Of a DNA stretch of 45,854 nt, positions 9,014-18,911 are shown in pieces. The DNA lies in the NCBI GenBank assembly GCA_964620535.1, contig CAZUHN010000095.1, positions 1 through 45,854 on the forward strand. Direction: 5' to 3'. Below the pieces are notes generated by a model. It was not told the DNA's origin. It saw only the letters and a list, made by a program, of their open reading frames with translations, and did no database searches. Source of the DNA: an uncultured Nitrospinaceae bacterium (GTDB lineage Bacteria > UBA8248). A program made the position numbers and the translations under genes. Numbering within the stretch: the stretch's first letter is position 1; each line of letters starts with the position of its first letter.

Positions 9014-9781
9014 GTGGTCTCCATTCTCATACTTCTTTATCTTGTCGCGGCGATTGCCCACCTCTACAACCTGTATTCAAAGCGTGACGCCCTGCTGTAC
9101 GTTGGCATCGGAACTCTGATCGCGGGATTCGTGTTCCATTCCTTCCTCCTCGGTTTCTACTACCTCTCTACCGACGAACATGATTGGGGCACCTGGCTGA
9201 ACTCCCTCGCCTGGGCGATTGTTCTCTTGTATTTGATCGTCTTCCTCCGCTACCGGGAGATGGCCCTCGGCGGGTTCGCCGTTCCGGCTGCCTTCGTCCT
9301 TGCGGGTTACGCCACCGCTTCTCCCGGCATATGGGGAAAAGGGTCGCAAACGGTCGAAGGGTTTCTTCTGGGCAGTCACGCCGTTCTCGCCATTCTCAGC
9401 GCCAGCACTTTTTTCCTTCTTTTCGCGGTGGCGCTGATGTTCGTCGTTCAGTCCCGCGAGCTCAAATCAAAACGGCCCGGGGCTTGGCTCCGCCGCCTTC
9501 CGCCGCTCGATGTGCTCGACGATCTCAGCCACAAGGCGCTCTATTTCGGTTTTACGTTTCTGACGGCAAGCCTTTTCTTCGGGTCTATGTGGGCATGGTC
9601 CAAGTACGGGGTCATATGGGCGTCGAAGCCCTTGAAGATTTGGCCTATGCTCGGCATCTGGCTCGCTTACGGTGTCTTGCTTTCTTGCCGCCTGACTCGC
9701 AGCTGGAAGGGAATGCGGTCGGCGGTTTTTTCCATGGCGACTTTCCTCGCTGTACTGGTTGCCCTGCTCGTCCACATCTAG
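9014..9781 (+). CDS. CcsA/HemX-like cytochrome c assembly family membrane protein
   Basis: Polytopic membrane protein with a W-rich segment (FFGSMWAWSKYGVIWASKPLKIWPMLGIWLAY). It sits immediately upstream of hemA, as in hemAXCDBL-type operons. RBS TAGGAGGA. Confidence 0.7.
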   Translation: MVSILILLYLVAAIAHLYNLYSKRDALLYVGIGTLIAGFVFHSFLLGFYYLSTDEHDWGTWLNSLAWAIVLLYLIVFLRYREMALGGFAVPAAFVLAGYATASPGIWGKGSQTVEGFLLGSHAVLAILSASTFFLLFAVALMFVVQSRELKSKRPGAWLRRLPPLDVLDDLSHKALYFGFTFLTASLFFGSMWAWSKYGVIWASKPLKIWPMLGIWLAYGVLLSCRLTRSWKGMRSAVFSMATFLAVLVALLVHI

Positions 9782-9798
9782 AAGGACGGAATAGCCCG

Positions 9799-11139
9799 AT
9801 GCCATTGATTCTCACAGGTGTAAGCCACCACAAAACACCCATCGAGATCCGCGAGCGCCTGCATTTCGCCGAAAAAGGGCTTCACGATTCGCTCGATCGG
9901 TTGGGGCGCTACAATGATCTCTCGGAGCGTTTGATTCTCTCTACCTGCAACCGAATGGAAGTTTACAGCTTCGCCGAGGAATTCGATGCGGGGGTGCGTT
10001 CCATCCGGGACTTCATCTCCGAGTTCCGCGGAATCCAAGCGGAGGAGTTGCGGAAGCATCTTTACGTTTGCCGCGATGAGGACGCCGTTCGCCATCTCTT
10101 CCGCGTGACGTCGAGTCTGGATTCGTTGGTAGTGGGAGAGCCGCAGATCCTCGGCCAGGTGAAGGAGGCCTACCGGATCGCGAACGAAGGCGGGCACACC
10201 GGAAAATCTCTCTCGGCGGTTTTTTCCAGCGCCTTCCGGGCGGCGAGGAAAGTCCGGGATCGGACAGGCATCGGAGAAAGCGCGGTGTCGGTGAGTACGG
10301 TGGCGGCCGAGCTGGCCGAAAAGATATTCAGCCGCCTAGCCGGGAAAACCATCTTGCTCTTGGGCGCCGGTGAGATGTGCGAGCTGGCGGCCCGCCACTT
10401 GATGAGTCGCGGAGCGAGCACGGTTTTGGTCGGAAACAGGACTTACTCCCGCGCCGAGGCCTTGGCGGCGGAGCTGAACGGCAGGGCCGTGCGATTCGAC
10501 CGCGTCGCCGAAGAACTCGTCGGAGCGGACATCGTCATCGCATCGACGGGAGCGCCCCATCTCATCGTAAAAAGGGAAATGCTCACGGAAGCCTTGCGGA
10601 AGCGGCGCGACATCCCCATTTTTCTCATCGATATCGCGGTTCCCCGGGATATCGATCCCGAGGTGAACAGCCTGGAGAACGTCTTTCTCTATGATATCGA
10701 TGACCTGCAGGGGGTCGTCACCTCCAACCTGCAGGGCCGGGAAGCCGAGGTCGAGAGCGCGAGCGCGATAGTCGAGGACGAAATCCAGGGTTTCGTCCGC
10801 CGGATGCGAGTGGAGGATCTCTCGGAAACCTTTTCCGCCATCCGGGTCGGCGCCGAAGCGCAACGCCAGGGCGAGCTTCAGAAGACGTTCTCCCGCCTCG
10901 CCTCTCTCGGAGAGCCCGAGCGCAGCGCCATCGACGCCATGTCGCGTGCGCTGGTGAACAAATTGTTGCATCATCCTTTCACCGCTCTTCGCGGAATGGC
11001 GGCAGAAGAAATCGGAGACGAATCCCTCGCAATGGTGAAGCGGCTCTTTGGACTGAAGGAGGAGTCCGGCGGAAAGGCGCAAGGAACCGAGGACGGCGAA
11101 GGCCAAACGCGCGATGAAAAGGAGCTCGGCTCTCCGTAG
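9799..11139 (+). CDS. hemA: glutamyl-tRNA reductase
   Basis: MPLILTGVSHHKTPIEIRERL...STCNRMEVY (catalytic Cys)...LLGAGEMCE. The track ORF 9184..11139 is over-extended through the upstream gene. ATG 9799 gives the normal length of about 446 aa. Confidence 0.9.
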   Translation: MPLILTGVSHHKTPIEIRERLHFAEKGLHDSLDRLGRYNDLSERLILSTCNRMEVYSFAEEFDAGVRSIRDFISEFRGIQAEELRKHLYVCRDEDAVRHLFRVTSSLDSLVVGEPQILGQVKEAYRIANEGGHTGKSLSAVFSSAFRAARKVRDRTGIGESAVSVSTVAAELAEKIFSRLAGKTILLLGAGEMCELAARHLMSRGASTVLVGNRTYSRAEALAAELNGRAVRFDRVAEELVGADIVIASTGAPHLIVKREMLTEALRKRRDIPIFLIDIAVPRDIDPEVNSLENVFLYDIDDLQGVVTSNLQGREAEVESASAIVEDEIQGFVRRMRVEDLSETFSAIRVGAEAQRQGELQKTFSRLASLGEPERSAIDAMSRALVNKLLHHPFTALRGMAAEEIGDESLAMVKRLFGLKEESGGKAQGTEDGEGQTRDEKELGSP

Positions 11140-12097
11140 GGGACGGAAATTGATCGGTAAAAACTCTTCCCGGCCGGGTGTCCTTCGCCTCGGCACGCGG
11201 GGAAGTCAACTGGCTTTGGCGCAAACGAGGCAAATGGCTTCCCGCCTCCGAGAACTTTGTCCGGAACGCGGGGTGGAAGAGGTCGTCATCCGCACCCGAG
11301 GCGATGAGATACAGGATGTGCCGCTTGCCCGGGTAGGCGGAAAGGGACTCTTTATCAAGGAAATCGAGGAAGCCCTCTTGGCGGGGCGGATTGACGCCGC
11401 CGTCCACAGTCTCAAGGACCTTCCCGGCGAGTTTCCCCCAGGGCTCGCCCTGGGCGCGGTGCCCGAGCGCGAGGTGCCCTGGGACGTTTTCGTGTCCAGA
11501 GGGGGCGAGTCCATCCGCGGCTTGGCGCCGGACAGCCGGGTCGGGACGGGAAGCCTCCGCCGGAAGGCCCAGCTGCTCCGCTTCCGGAGTGACCTTGCGG
11601 TGGTCGATATCCGGGGAAACGTCGATACGCGCCTCCGGAAAGTGGTGGAGGGGGAAGTGGATGCGACCATTCTCGCGGCAGCCGGCTTGAACCGCTTGGG
11701 GCTGGCGGATCGCATCACCGAAAGCCTTGCCCCCGAGCTCATGCTTCCCGCTGCGGGTCAGGGGGCGCTCGGAATTGAAATCCGGGACGGCGACGAGGAA
11801 ACGGCCGCCCTTTTGGCCCCGCTCGATCATCCCCAGACGCACGATGAAGTGAACGCCGAGAGGGAGGTGATGGCACGCCTCGAGGGAGGCTGCCTAATTC
11901 CCCTGGCCGTCTTGGCCGAGACACGTAGGGGCCGCCTCACCCTACGGGCGCTCGTTTCGAGCGAGGACGGGAGGCGCGTCGCCGAGGGAGAGAACGAGGG
12001 CCCGCCGGGGGAGGCCTGCGCCTTGGGCGGGGCCCTGGCCAATCACCTCCTGGCGAACGGGGGAAGGGAAATTCTCGCGGAGTTCCGGCATGGTTGA
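11114..12097 (+). CDS. hemC: hydroxymethylbilane synthase (porphobilinogen deaminase)
   Basis: LRLGTRGSQLALAQT, IRTRGD, DAAVHSLKD, RGNVDTRL, GGCLIP. The start is uncertain: ATG 11114 overlaps hemA, and TTG near 11150 is an alternative. Confidence 0.9.
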   Translation: MKRSSALRRGRKLIGKNSSRPGVLRLGTRGSQLALAQTRQMASRLRELCPERGVEEVVIRTRGDEIQDVPLARVGGKGLFIKEIEEALLAGRIDAAVHSLKDLPGEFPPGLALGAVPEREVPWDVFVSRGGESIRGLAPDSRVGTGSLRRKAQLLRFRSDLAVVDIRGNVDTRLRKVVEGEVDATILAAAGLNRLGLADRITESLAPELMLPAAGQGALGIEIRDGDEETAALLAPLDHPQTHDEVNAEREVMARLEGGCLIPLAVLAETRRGRLTLRALVSSEDGRRVAEGENEGPPGEACALGGALANHLLANGGREILAEFRHG

Positions 12098-13676
12098 ATC
12101 CGGGATCGTATATCTTGTCGGAGCGGGCCCTGGAAATCCCCATCTCGTAACCCGAAGGGGAGAAGAGGTGTTGGGACGGGCAGATTTCCTCGCCTACGAC
12201 GTCGCACTTCCGCCCCGTCTACTCGACTTTTGTCCCGGAGGTTGCGAGCGTATTAAAGTGGACAAAACCCGGGCGCCCAGAACCCGATCCACAATGGTGG
12301 AACGGGTGAAGGAAGGGAAAATTGCCGTCCGCCTGTACCGGGATGATCCTTTCCTTTCAGACCAAGGGGTGGAGGATGCAAAGGCCCTCGCCCGGGCAGG
12401 GGTGGCCTTTGAAGTCGTTCCCGGAATCCCGCACGCCCTGGCTGCTTCCACTTTCGCGGGGATCCCCCTTCTGCACGAAGGGATCGCGGACCGGTTCACC
12501 GTGGTGAACGTGAATTCCGCGGACGGGGGTGCCTTCGATTTCAAGGCCCTCGCAAAAGATGGAGGAACCCTGGTTTTCCAGGGTGAGGCGGAATCTGTTC
12601 CTCGACTTATCGAGAGCCTCCTGGCCGGAGGCTTCTCCCCCGATCTGGATGTCAGTGTCATTCTCGAAGGGGGCCTTTCCCTCCAGCGCGTTATCGAAGG
12701 GAACCTCGGAGGCATGGCTCGGGCCGTAGAAGAAACGCCCCTTCCTGGCAGCGCTGTTATCGTCGCGGGAAAAGTTAACCGCCTCCGCAGCGAGCTGGGC
12801 TGGCTCGAAGAGCGCCCTCTCTACGGCCGCAGAATCCTTGTGACGCGCCCCCGCGAACAGGCGGGCGAGTTCGCCCGGCACCTGGAGGATGCTGGGGCCG
12901 AAGTCAGCGAATGTCCCGCGATTCGGATCGCCGCCCCGCAAGATTGGGGCCCCCTCGATGCGGCCGTCTCGAAGCTCGATGCGTACGATTGGATTATTTT
13001 CACGAGCGCGAACGGTGTGCGGTTTTTTGCCGAACGGCTGCGAGCCGCGGGCCGGGATGCGAGGGCATTCGGCAAAGGCGCTCGCATCGTGGCCATCGGC
13101 CCGGGAACCGGGAACGCCCTGGAGGAGCATCTTCGCCTCCGACCGGATGTCCTTCCCGAAATATATGTGGCCGAGGGGATTCTCGAAGCCTTGGCGGGGG
13201 AGGAGTTGCGGGGCAAGCGCGTGCTCATTCCCCGTGCCCTGGAGGCCCGGGAGGTTTTGCCCGAAACCCTGCGGGAGCGGGAGGCGGCGGTGGAGGTAGT
13301 GGCCGCCTACCGGACCCTTTGCATCGAGGACCGGGAAACCGATTCCCTCCGCCGGGATTTGGCGGAGAACAGGTGGGACATGATCACTTTCACGAGTTCC
13401 TCGACGGTTCGGAATTTCGTGGATATGATGGGAGGCGGATATCCCGGAGAAGGTTCCGGGAAGGGAAGGGTCGAAGCGGCGCTCGCCTCGATCGGGCCCG
13501 TCACGAGCGCCACCCTTCGCGAATTCGGTTTCGCGCCTGATGTCGAGGCAAAGGATTGCACCGTACAAGGGCTGGCGCGGGCCATCGCGAATTATTACCG
13601 GGTCGCTCCAGCCGCCGAAAAAGGGGCAACTGTCCCTTCGGCGGAGCGTCACGGAAGGAGATATGACCATGGCTAA
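12090..13676 (+). CDS. hemD: fusion of a tetrapyrrole-methylase (SUMT/CobA-like, apparently degenerate) domain and uroporphyrinogen-III synthase
   Basis: The N-terminal half has VYLVGAGPGNPHL...EVVPGIP (methylase fold). The C-terminal half has GRRILVTRPREQAGEFARHLEDAGAEVSECPAIRI...WIIFTSANGV...ITFTSSSTV (HemD fold). It overlaps hemC by 8 nt and hemB by 14 nt. Confidence 0.85.
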   Translation: MVESGIVYLVGAGPGNPHLVTRRGEEVLGRADFLAYDVALPPRLLDFCPGGCERIKVDKTRAPRTRSTMVERVKEGKIAVRLYRDDPFLSDQGVEDAKALARAGVAFEVVPGIPHALAASTFAGIPLLHEGIADRFTVVNVNSADGGAFDFKALAKDGGTLVFQGEAESVPRLIESLLAGGFSPDLDVSVILEGGLSLQRVIEGNLGGMARAVEETPLPGSAVIVAGKVNRLRSELGWLEERPLYGRRILVTRPREQAGEFARHLEDAGAEVSECPAIRIAAPQDWGPLDAAVSKLDAYDWIIFTSANGVRFFAERLRAAGRDARAFGKGARIVAIGPGTGNALEEHLRLRPDVLPEIYVAEGILEALAGEELRGKRVLIPRALEAREVLPETLREREAAVEVVAAYRTLCIEDRETDSLRRDLAENRWDMITFTSSSTVRNFVDMMGGGYPGEGSGKGRVEAALASIGPVTSATLREFGFAPDVEAKDCTVQGLARAIANYYRVAPAAEKGATVPSAERHGRRYDHG

Positions 13677-14703
13677 GAGCGGATCTCTGTTGACCGGCTC
13701 GCGGGAGGATGTTTTCCACCGGACGCGCCGGACCCGCGAAAAAGAAACCCTTCGGCGGATGGTGCGCGAGACCCGCCTCTCTCCCGACGAACTGGTTTAT
13801 CCGATGTTCATCGTCGAAGGGGAAGGGGTGAAGCGGGAGATCTCCTCGATGCCGGGGCAGCATCAACTTTCGGTGGACCAGGCCGTAGAGGAGTGCCGCG
13901 CGGCGGCAGACCTCTCCATTCCCGCCGTCATCCTGTTCGGCATTCCCGACCGGAAGGATGACCTTGCCACGGGCGCCTACGCCGATGACGGAATCACCCA
14001 GAAGGCGGTGCGCGCCCTGAAGGAGGCTTGCCCGGAGGTTTGCGTCATCACCGACGTTTGTCTTTGCGAGTACATGGACCACGGCCACTGCGGCGTCGTC
14101 GAGGGAGGATATATCCTCAACGATCCTACGCTGGAGCTTCTCGATCGGACGGCGGTCAGCCACGCCCGCGCCGGGGCGGACATCATCGCCCCTTCGGATA
14201 TGATGGACGGCCGGGTCGGGACCATCCGGAACGCCCTCGACGAGGAGGGCTTTCATCAAATCCCCATCATGGCCTACTCCGCCAAGTTCGCCAGCGCCTT
14301 CTACGGTCCTTTCCGCGATGCCGCAGAGAGCACCCCCGCCTTCGGCGACCGAAGCTCCTACCAGATGGATCCCGCCAACGGGCGGGAAGCCCTTCGGGAG
14401 ATCGAATTCGACCTCGACGAGGGGGCGGATATCATCATGGTTAAGCCAGCCTTGGCCTACCTGGATATCATCTCACAGGCCCGGGACCGGGTGGGCAATC
14501 CCATCGCCGCCTACAACGTTTCGGGCGAGTTCGCCATGCTGTCCGCCGCCTCCCGGAACGGATGGATCGAGGCGGAGCAGGCCTTCATGGAAGCGCTGAT
14601 CTCGATCAAGCGCGCCGGGGCGGATATCATTCTCACTTATTTCGCACTGGACGCCGCCCGCCGGCTGCAAGGGGATCGGAAAACGCCTCTTTCCTGGATG
14701 TAA
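13663..14703 (+). CDS. hemB: porphobilinogen synthase (delta-aminolevulinic acid dehydratase), Zn-type
   Basis: Cys-rich Zn site DVCLCEYMDHGHCG, SDMMDGR, active-site Lys region YSAKFASAFYGPFRDA and MVKPA. ATG 13663 follows GGAAGGAG. Confidence 0.9.
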   Translation: MTMAKSGSLLTGSREDVFHRTRRTREKETLRRMVRETRLSPDELVYPMFIVEGEGVKREISSMPGQHQLSVDQAVEECRAAADLSIPAVILFGIPDRKDDLATGAYADDGITQKAVRALKEACPEVCVITDVCLCEYMDHGHCGVVEGGYILNDPTLELLDRTAVSHARAGADIIAPSDMMDGRVGTIRNALDEEGFHQIPIMAYSAKFASAFYGPFRDAAESTPAFGDRSSYQMDPANGREALREIEFDLDEGADIIMVKPALAYLDIISQARDRVGNPIAAYNVSGEFAMLSAASRNGWIEAEQAFMEALISIKRAGADIILTYFALDAARRLQGDRKTPLSWM

Positions 14704-14874
14704 AGGAAACAAAGGCCTGAGGCAGCAACGCCTATTACGCCTGGATCCGCCCCGTGAGGGAAACATTTCCTCACTTGCGGCGGCGTTTGCCCAAGCGATA
14801 GGGTGAGGAAGGTCCTTTCGCACCGAAAATCCGCTTATTGAATCCCTCGTTTGTTTGGGCAAGGGAGGATTTTG

Positions 14875-16062
14875 ATGCCGGATTCTGTTGTTTTTCTCTC
14901 GGGGGTCCGTACCCCGTTCGGCACCTTCTGCGGGACTTTGAAGGAAATGTCCGCCACCCAGCTCGGCGCCATCGCCGCAAAAGCCGCGATGGAGCGCGCG
15001 GGGATCTCGCCGGACATGATTGACCACACTGTTGTCGGGAACGTCATCCAGTCCGCGGCGGACGGCCCCTATATTGGCCGCCACGTCTCCCTTGCCGCGG
15101 GAGTTCCCCAGGAGAAACCCGGCTACTGCGTGAATCGCATGTGCGCGTCGGGCTTTCAGGCCATCGTGAACGGGGCGCAGGAGATCATGACGGGCGAGGC
15201 GGATATCGTCCTCGCCGTCGGCGCGGAGAATATGAGCCTCACTCCCCACGTTATCCGCAACACACGCTGGGGGATCGGCCTCTTCGAGACTCCGATGGAG
15301 GACGGCCTTTACAACGCCCTGACCGATCTCTATGTGAACGTCCCGATGGGGATGACGGCCGAGAACCTGGCGGAGAAATACGACCTACACCGGGAGATGA
15401 TTGACGAGTTCGCGGCCCTCAGCCAGGATCGGGCGAACGCGGGCTGGGAGAGCGGGCGCTTGGCCGAGGAGTGCGTTTCGGTCGAGATCAAAAAGCGGAA
15501 GGAGACCATACAATTCGATCGAGATGAGCACATCCGCCCCGGTTCCACGGCGGAGGCCTTGGCCAAGTTGCGCCCCGTCTTCAAGGATGACGGGGTGATC
15601 ACGGCCGGAAACGCGAGCGGGATCAACGATGGGGCCGCCGCGGTGGTGATCGCGTCAAAAGAGGCGGCGGAGAAGATGGGGCGCAAACCCCTCGGCCGAC
15701 TGGTTGCCTGGGGGGTGTCGGGGTGCGATCCCAAAATCATGGGCATCGGCCCGGCGGAGAGCAGCCGCATCGCTCTGAAGAAGGCGAGGCTTCAACTCGA
15801 CGACATGGATTTGATCGAGATAAACGAAGCCTTCTCCGCCCAGTACCTTGCGGTGGAGAAGGAACTCGGCCTCGATCGGGAGAAGACGAACGTGAACGGC
15901 GGGGCGATTGCGATTGGCCATCCCGTCGGGGCGAGCGGAGCGCGGCTTACCGCCACCATCCTGCACGAGCTTCGCCGGAGGGGCGGAAAATACGGCCTCG
16001 CGGGCGCATGCATCGGCGGCGGAATGGGGCTGTCTGTGCTCGTTGAGGCGTTTCCCGCGTAA
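14875..16062 (+). CDS. acetyl-CoA C-acetyltransferase (thiolase II)
   Basis: [12 protein letters not shown] (active Cys), [34 protein letters not shown] 14875 follows GGGAGGA. Confidence 0.9.
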   Translation: MPDSVVFLSGVRTPFGTFCGTLKEMSATQLGAIAAKAAMERAGISPDMIDHTVVGNVIQSAADGPYIGRHVSLAAGVPQEKPGYCVNRMCASGFQAIVNGAQEIMTGEADIVLAVGAENMSLTPHVIRNTRWGIGLFETPMEDGLYNALTDLYVNVPMGMTAENLAEKYDLHREMIDEFAALSQDRANAGWESGRLAEECVSVEIKKRKETIQFDRDEHIRPGSTAEALAKLRPVFKDDGVITAGNASGINDGAAAVVIASKEAAEKMGRKPLGRLVAWGVSGCDPKIMGIGPAESSRIALKKARLQLDDMDLIEINEAFSAQYLAVEKELGLDREKTNVNGGAIAIGHPVGASGARLTATILHELRRRGGKYGLAGACIGGGMGLSVLVEAFPA

Positions 16063-16076
16063 GAGGGAAGGTACAG

Positions 16077-16862
16077 GTGTTGGGCTACGAACGTCTTTTA
16101 TTCGAGTCGGCCGGGGAGGTCGCCACGGTGACCTTTAATCGCCCGGACGTGCTGAATGCCCTTGATCTGGAGACGATGGAGGAGTTGGCCGACGCCACGC
16201 GGCGCGTGAAGACGGACCCGAAGTTGAAGGTGCTCATCCTGACTGGGACAGGCGAGAAGGCTTTCGTGGCCGGGGCGGACATTCGGCGGATGGCCGATAT
16301 GGCCTCCCGGGATGCGCGGGAATTTTCCCGGTTCGGCCAGCGCGTCCTCCGGGAGATGGAGACGCTGGGAAAGCCCTCCATCGCGGCCGTGAATGGTTTC
16401 GCCCTGGGCGGCGGATGCGAGGTGGCGATGGCCTGCTCCATCCGGTATGCCGCCGAGACTGCGCGCTTCGGCCAGCCGGAAATTTCCCTCGGGATCATTC
16501 CGGGCTACGGCGGCACGCAGCGCCTCGCCCGCCTCGTGGGATTGGGCCGCGCGTTGGAGATTTGCCTGACCGGCGGGATGGTGTCCGCCGGGGAGGCCCT
16601 TCGGATCGGCCTTGTGAACAAAGTGGTTCCGGCCGACACGCTCATGGATGAAGCGCGGACGCTCGCGGAGAAGCTCGCTGCGAATAGCGCTCCGGCGATG
16701 GATTTGATTCTGAAGGCGTGCAACGAGGGCATGGAGGTGGGAATCGAAGCGGGGCTCGAACTGGAATCGGTGCTGTTCTCCCTCGCCTTCAACAACGAAG
16801 ATCAGAAAGAGGGAATGGCCGCTTTCCTGGAAAAACGCCCGCCGAATTTCCGGGACTCCTGA
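16077..16862 (+). CDS. enoyl-CoA hydratase/isomerase (crotonase family)
   Basis: [45 protein letters not shown] start. Confidence 0.9.
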   Translation: MLGYERLLFESAGEVATVTFNRPDVLNALDLETMEELADATRRVKTDPKLKVLILTGTGEKAFVAGADIRRMADMASRDAREFSRFGQRVLREMETLGKPSIAAVNGFALGGGCEVAMACSIRYAAETARFGQPEISLGIIPGYGGTQRLARLVGLGRALEICLTGGMVSAGEALRIGLVNKVVPADTLMDEARTLAEKLAANSAPAMDLILKACNEGMEVGIEAGLELESVLFSLAFNNEDQKEGMAAFLEKRPPNFRDS

Positions 16863-16871
16863 GGAACGACG

Positions 16872-17387
16872 ATGGCCCAAAAAACGGGTTTGCTCAAAGG
16901 GAAAAGAAACGCCAATTTGAACGGACGGGGCGGCGTTTCACAAAACGGAACGGCGCAGAGCAAAAAAAGCGTCCTTCCCCTTTTCCGGGAAAACGGCGCG
17001 AAGAATGGAAACCGCTGGTCGCGCCTCATGAAAAACGCCGAAAAGCAGTGCAAGAGGGCCCGAATTGATAAATGGATACGAGAAAATCTCCCGCCGCCGG
17101 GGACGCCCGAGTGGGAGGCGCTCTGTACAGGTTGCGGCAAGTGCTGCAACGACAAGGTGTGGTCGAGAAACCGGCTGGTTCTTCTGACGAGCGTTTGTTC
17201 TTTTCTTGACAAGGAAACCAAGCGGTGTGCCTGCTACGCCGAGCGTTTTGGACATGAACCCCTCTGCATGCCCATTGACGCCGAGATTGTCATGATGGGG
17301 GGACTCCCTGAGGATTGTCCCTACGTTGAAAATTTGCCGGATTACCGGGGTCCCCGCGAAGTGGACAAGACCCTCGACGAGTGGTGA
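16872..17387 (+). CDS. YkgJ/UPF0153-type Cys-cluster (CxxCxxCC) zinc/iron-chelating domain protein with basic N-terminal extension
   Basis: CTGCGKCC followed by C..L....KRCACY....P..C, as in the CxxCxxCC family. The first 60 or so residues are K/N/G-rich and low complexity. Confidence 0.6.
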   Translation: MAQKTGLLKGKRNANLNGRGGVSQNGTAQSKKSVLPLFRENGAKNGNRWSRLMKNAEKQCKRARIDKWIRENLPPPGTPEWEALCTGCGKCCNDKVWSRNRLVLLTSVCSFLDKETKRCACYAERFGHEPLCMPIDAEIVMMGGLPEDCPYVENLPDYRGPREVDKTLDEW

Positions 17388-17713
17388 TCCCGCGCACCGG
17401 GTTTCTCCGAATTCCATGCGCGATACATGATAAAAGCCTTTCTCCTCGGGCGGCTGCGGGAGAATGGCTCCGGACTTTGGCCGAACGGGCGCGTGAGTGC
17501 TTCTTCGCGATGCCGCCATTCCCCCGCAGCTGGGGGGCGAGGTGGAGCCGAATCCTCGGTCCCCCTCGTCACTTTTTTATCCAGAAATCCATGTCGGATT
17601 CCCGATTCAAAACTATGAAAAGAAATACATTAAATTCAGTGTGATAAGATGCCATACATAATGCATTTTGACGTATTTGAGTCGCTCGTTCTGTAGGAAT
17701 ATACTCAGAATGG

Positions 17714-18896
17714 GTGAATTTTCTCCCTTCACTGGAGGTCCCGTTGGCGGTTTCCACCCATCCCGAACTCGATGAGGCAGGCCGCGCCCTCCGCGGGCTG
17801 ACCAGGGATTTTGCGGAAAAAACCCTGGCCCCAGGGGCGGCCGAGCGCGATCGCACCTGCAAGTTTCCTCTCGATTTGTACAAGGAGGCGGGGGAGTTGG
17901 GCCTTCTCGGCATCCATTTCCCGGAAAAGTTGGGAGGCGGTGGGGCCGGTCATTTCGAGAACCTGCTTGTTCTTGAAGAGCTGGCCCGGGTGGACGGTAG
18001 CTTCGCCCTGACCGTTGGTGTCTCCGTGGGCCTGACGGGAGGGCACATTCTGGGCGGTGGCTCGGAAGAGCAAATTCGGCGGTGGGTTCCGCCCCTTCTC
18101 GAAGGCGGGCTCGGGGCCTGGGCGCTGACCGAGCCGAGATCGGGGAGCGACGCGGGCGCGCTGCACTGCCGCGCCGAACGGGAGGGTGATTCCTACATAC
18201 TGAACGGAACGAAGATGTTCATCTCGCAAGGTACGATGTTTTTGAGCATGACTGTCATGGCGCGAACGGGGCGGGGAAAAAAGGAAATCAGCGCATTCGT
18301 CGTTGAACCCGGCGACCTGGGTCGAGTGAGCCGTCCGCTCCACGGAAAACTGGGCATGCGCTCCATGGATACGGCGGAAGTGATTTTTGAAAATTGTCGT
18401 ATTCCGGCCGACCGCCTCCTCGGGGGGGAAGGGGAGGGATTCCTCCAAGCGATGGAAGCCGTCAGGGGGGGCGCGCGTGGGGGTTGGAGCCATCGCCGTC
18501 GGCCTCGCCCAGGGGGCGCTCGATGCGGCCGCCGGACGCGCCCGCGATCGAGAAGCCTTTGGCGACCCGATCGCCCAGTACGGAGCGATCCGCGAGATGA
18601 TCGCCGAGAGTGTGATCGAACTGGCGGCAGCGCGGGAGTTGGTTGCGCATGCGGCCCGCCGCCGAGACGCCGGGGAGGAATATCAGAAAGAGGCGTCGAT
18701 GGCCAAGTTATTCGCGACTGAGGCCGCCCTCCGCGTGTGCGACAGAAGCATTCAGATCCACGGAGGGTACGGTTACATGGACGAGTGTCCGGCGGGGCGC
18801 TTTTTGCGCGATGCCCGTCTGCTTACGATCGGAGAAGGAACGAGCGAAGTGCAGCGGATGATCATCGCGCGATCCGTCTTCGGCGGGCGCGTTTGA
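17714..18896 (+). pseudogene. acyl-CoA dehydrogenase, split by a 1-nt frameshift at a G7 run
   Basis: ORF 17714..18721 carries the N-terminal and middle domains (ALTEPRSGSDAGAL, ILNGTKMFISQG). ORF 18387..18896 carries the C-terminal helical domain (REAFGDPIAQYGAIREMIA..., IHGGYGYMDECPAGRFLRDARLLTIGEGTSEVQ). Removing one G at 18465-18471 joins them as QAMEAVRGARVGVGAIAVGLAQGAL. Confidence 0.85.
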
Positions 18897-18911
18897 AGCC
18901 ACGGCCCCGCC

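Noticed and set aside
12357-13670. 437-aa ORF antisense to the SUMT-like/hemD gene. Similar long antisense ORFs are 10336..11196 and 10979..11842 over hemA/hemC.
   Set aside because: Arg/Gly/Pro-rich low-complexity translations with no family resemblance, lying fully opposite genes with clear motifs. This is the typical open antisense frame of GC-rich DNA.
14801-14825. GGTGAGGAAGGTCC resembles the RNase P RNA GAGGAAAGUCC motif.
   Set aside because: The following conserved GGGC and the rest of the P4 and CR regions are absent. It lies in a 170-nt spacer that is too short for RNase P RNA.
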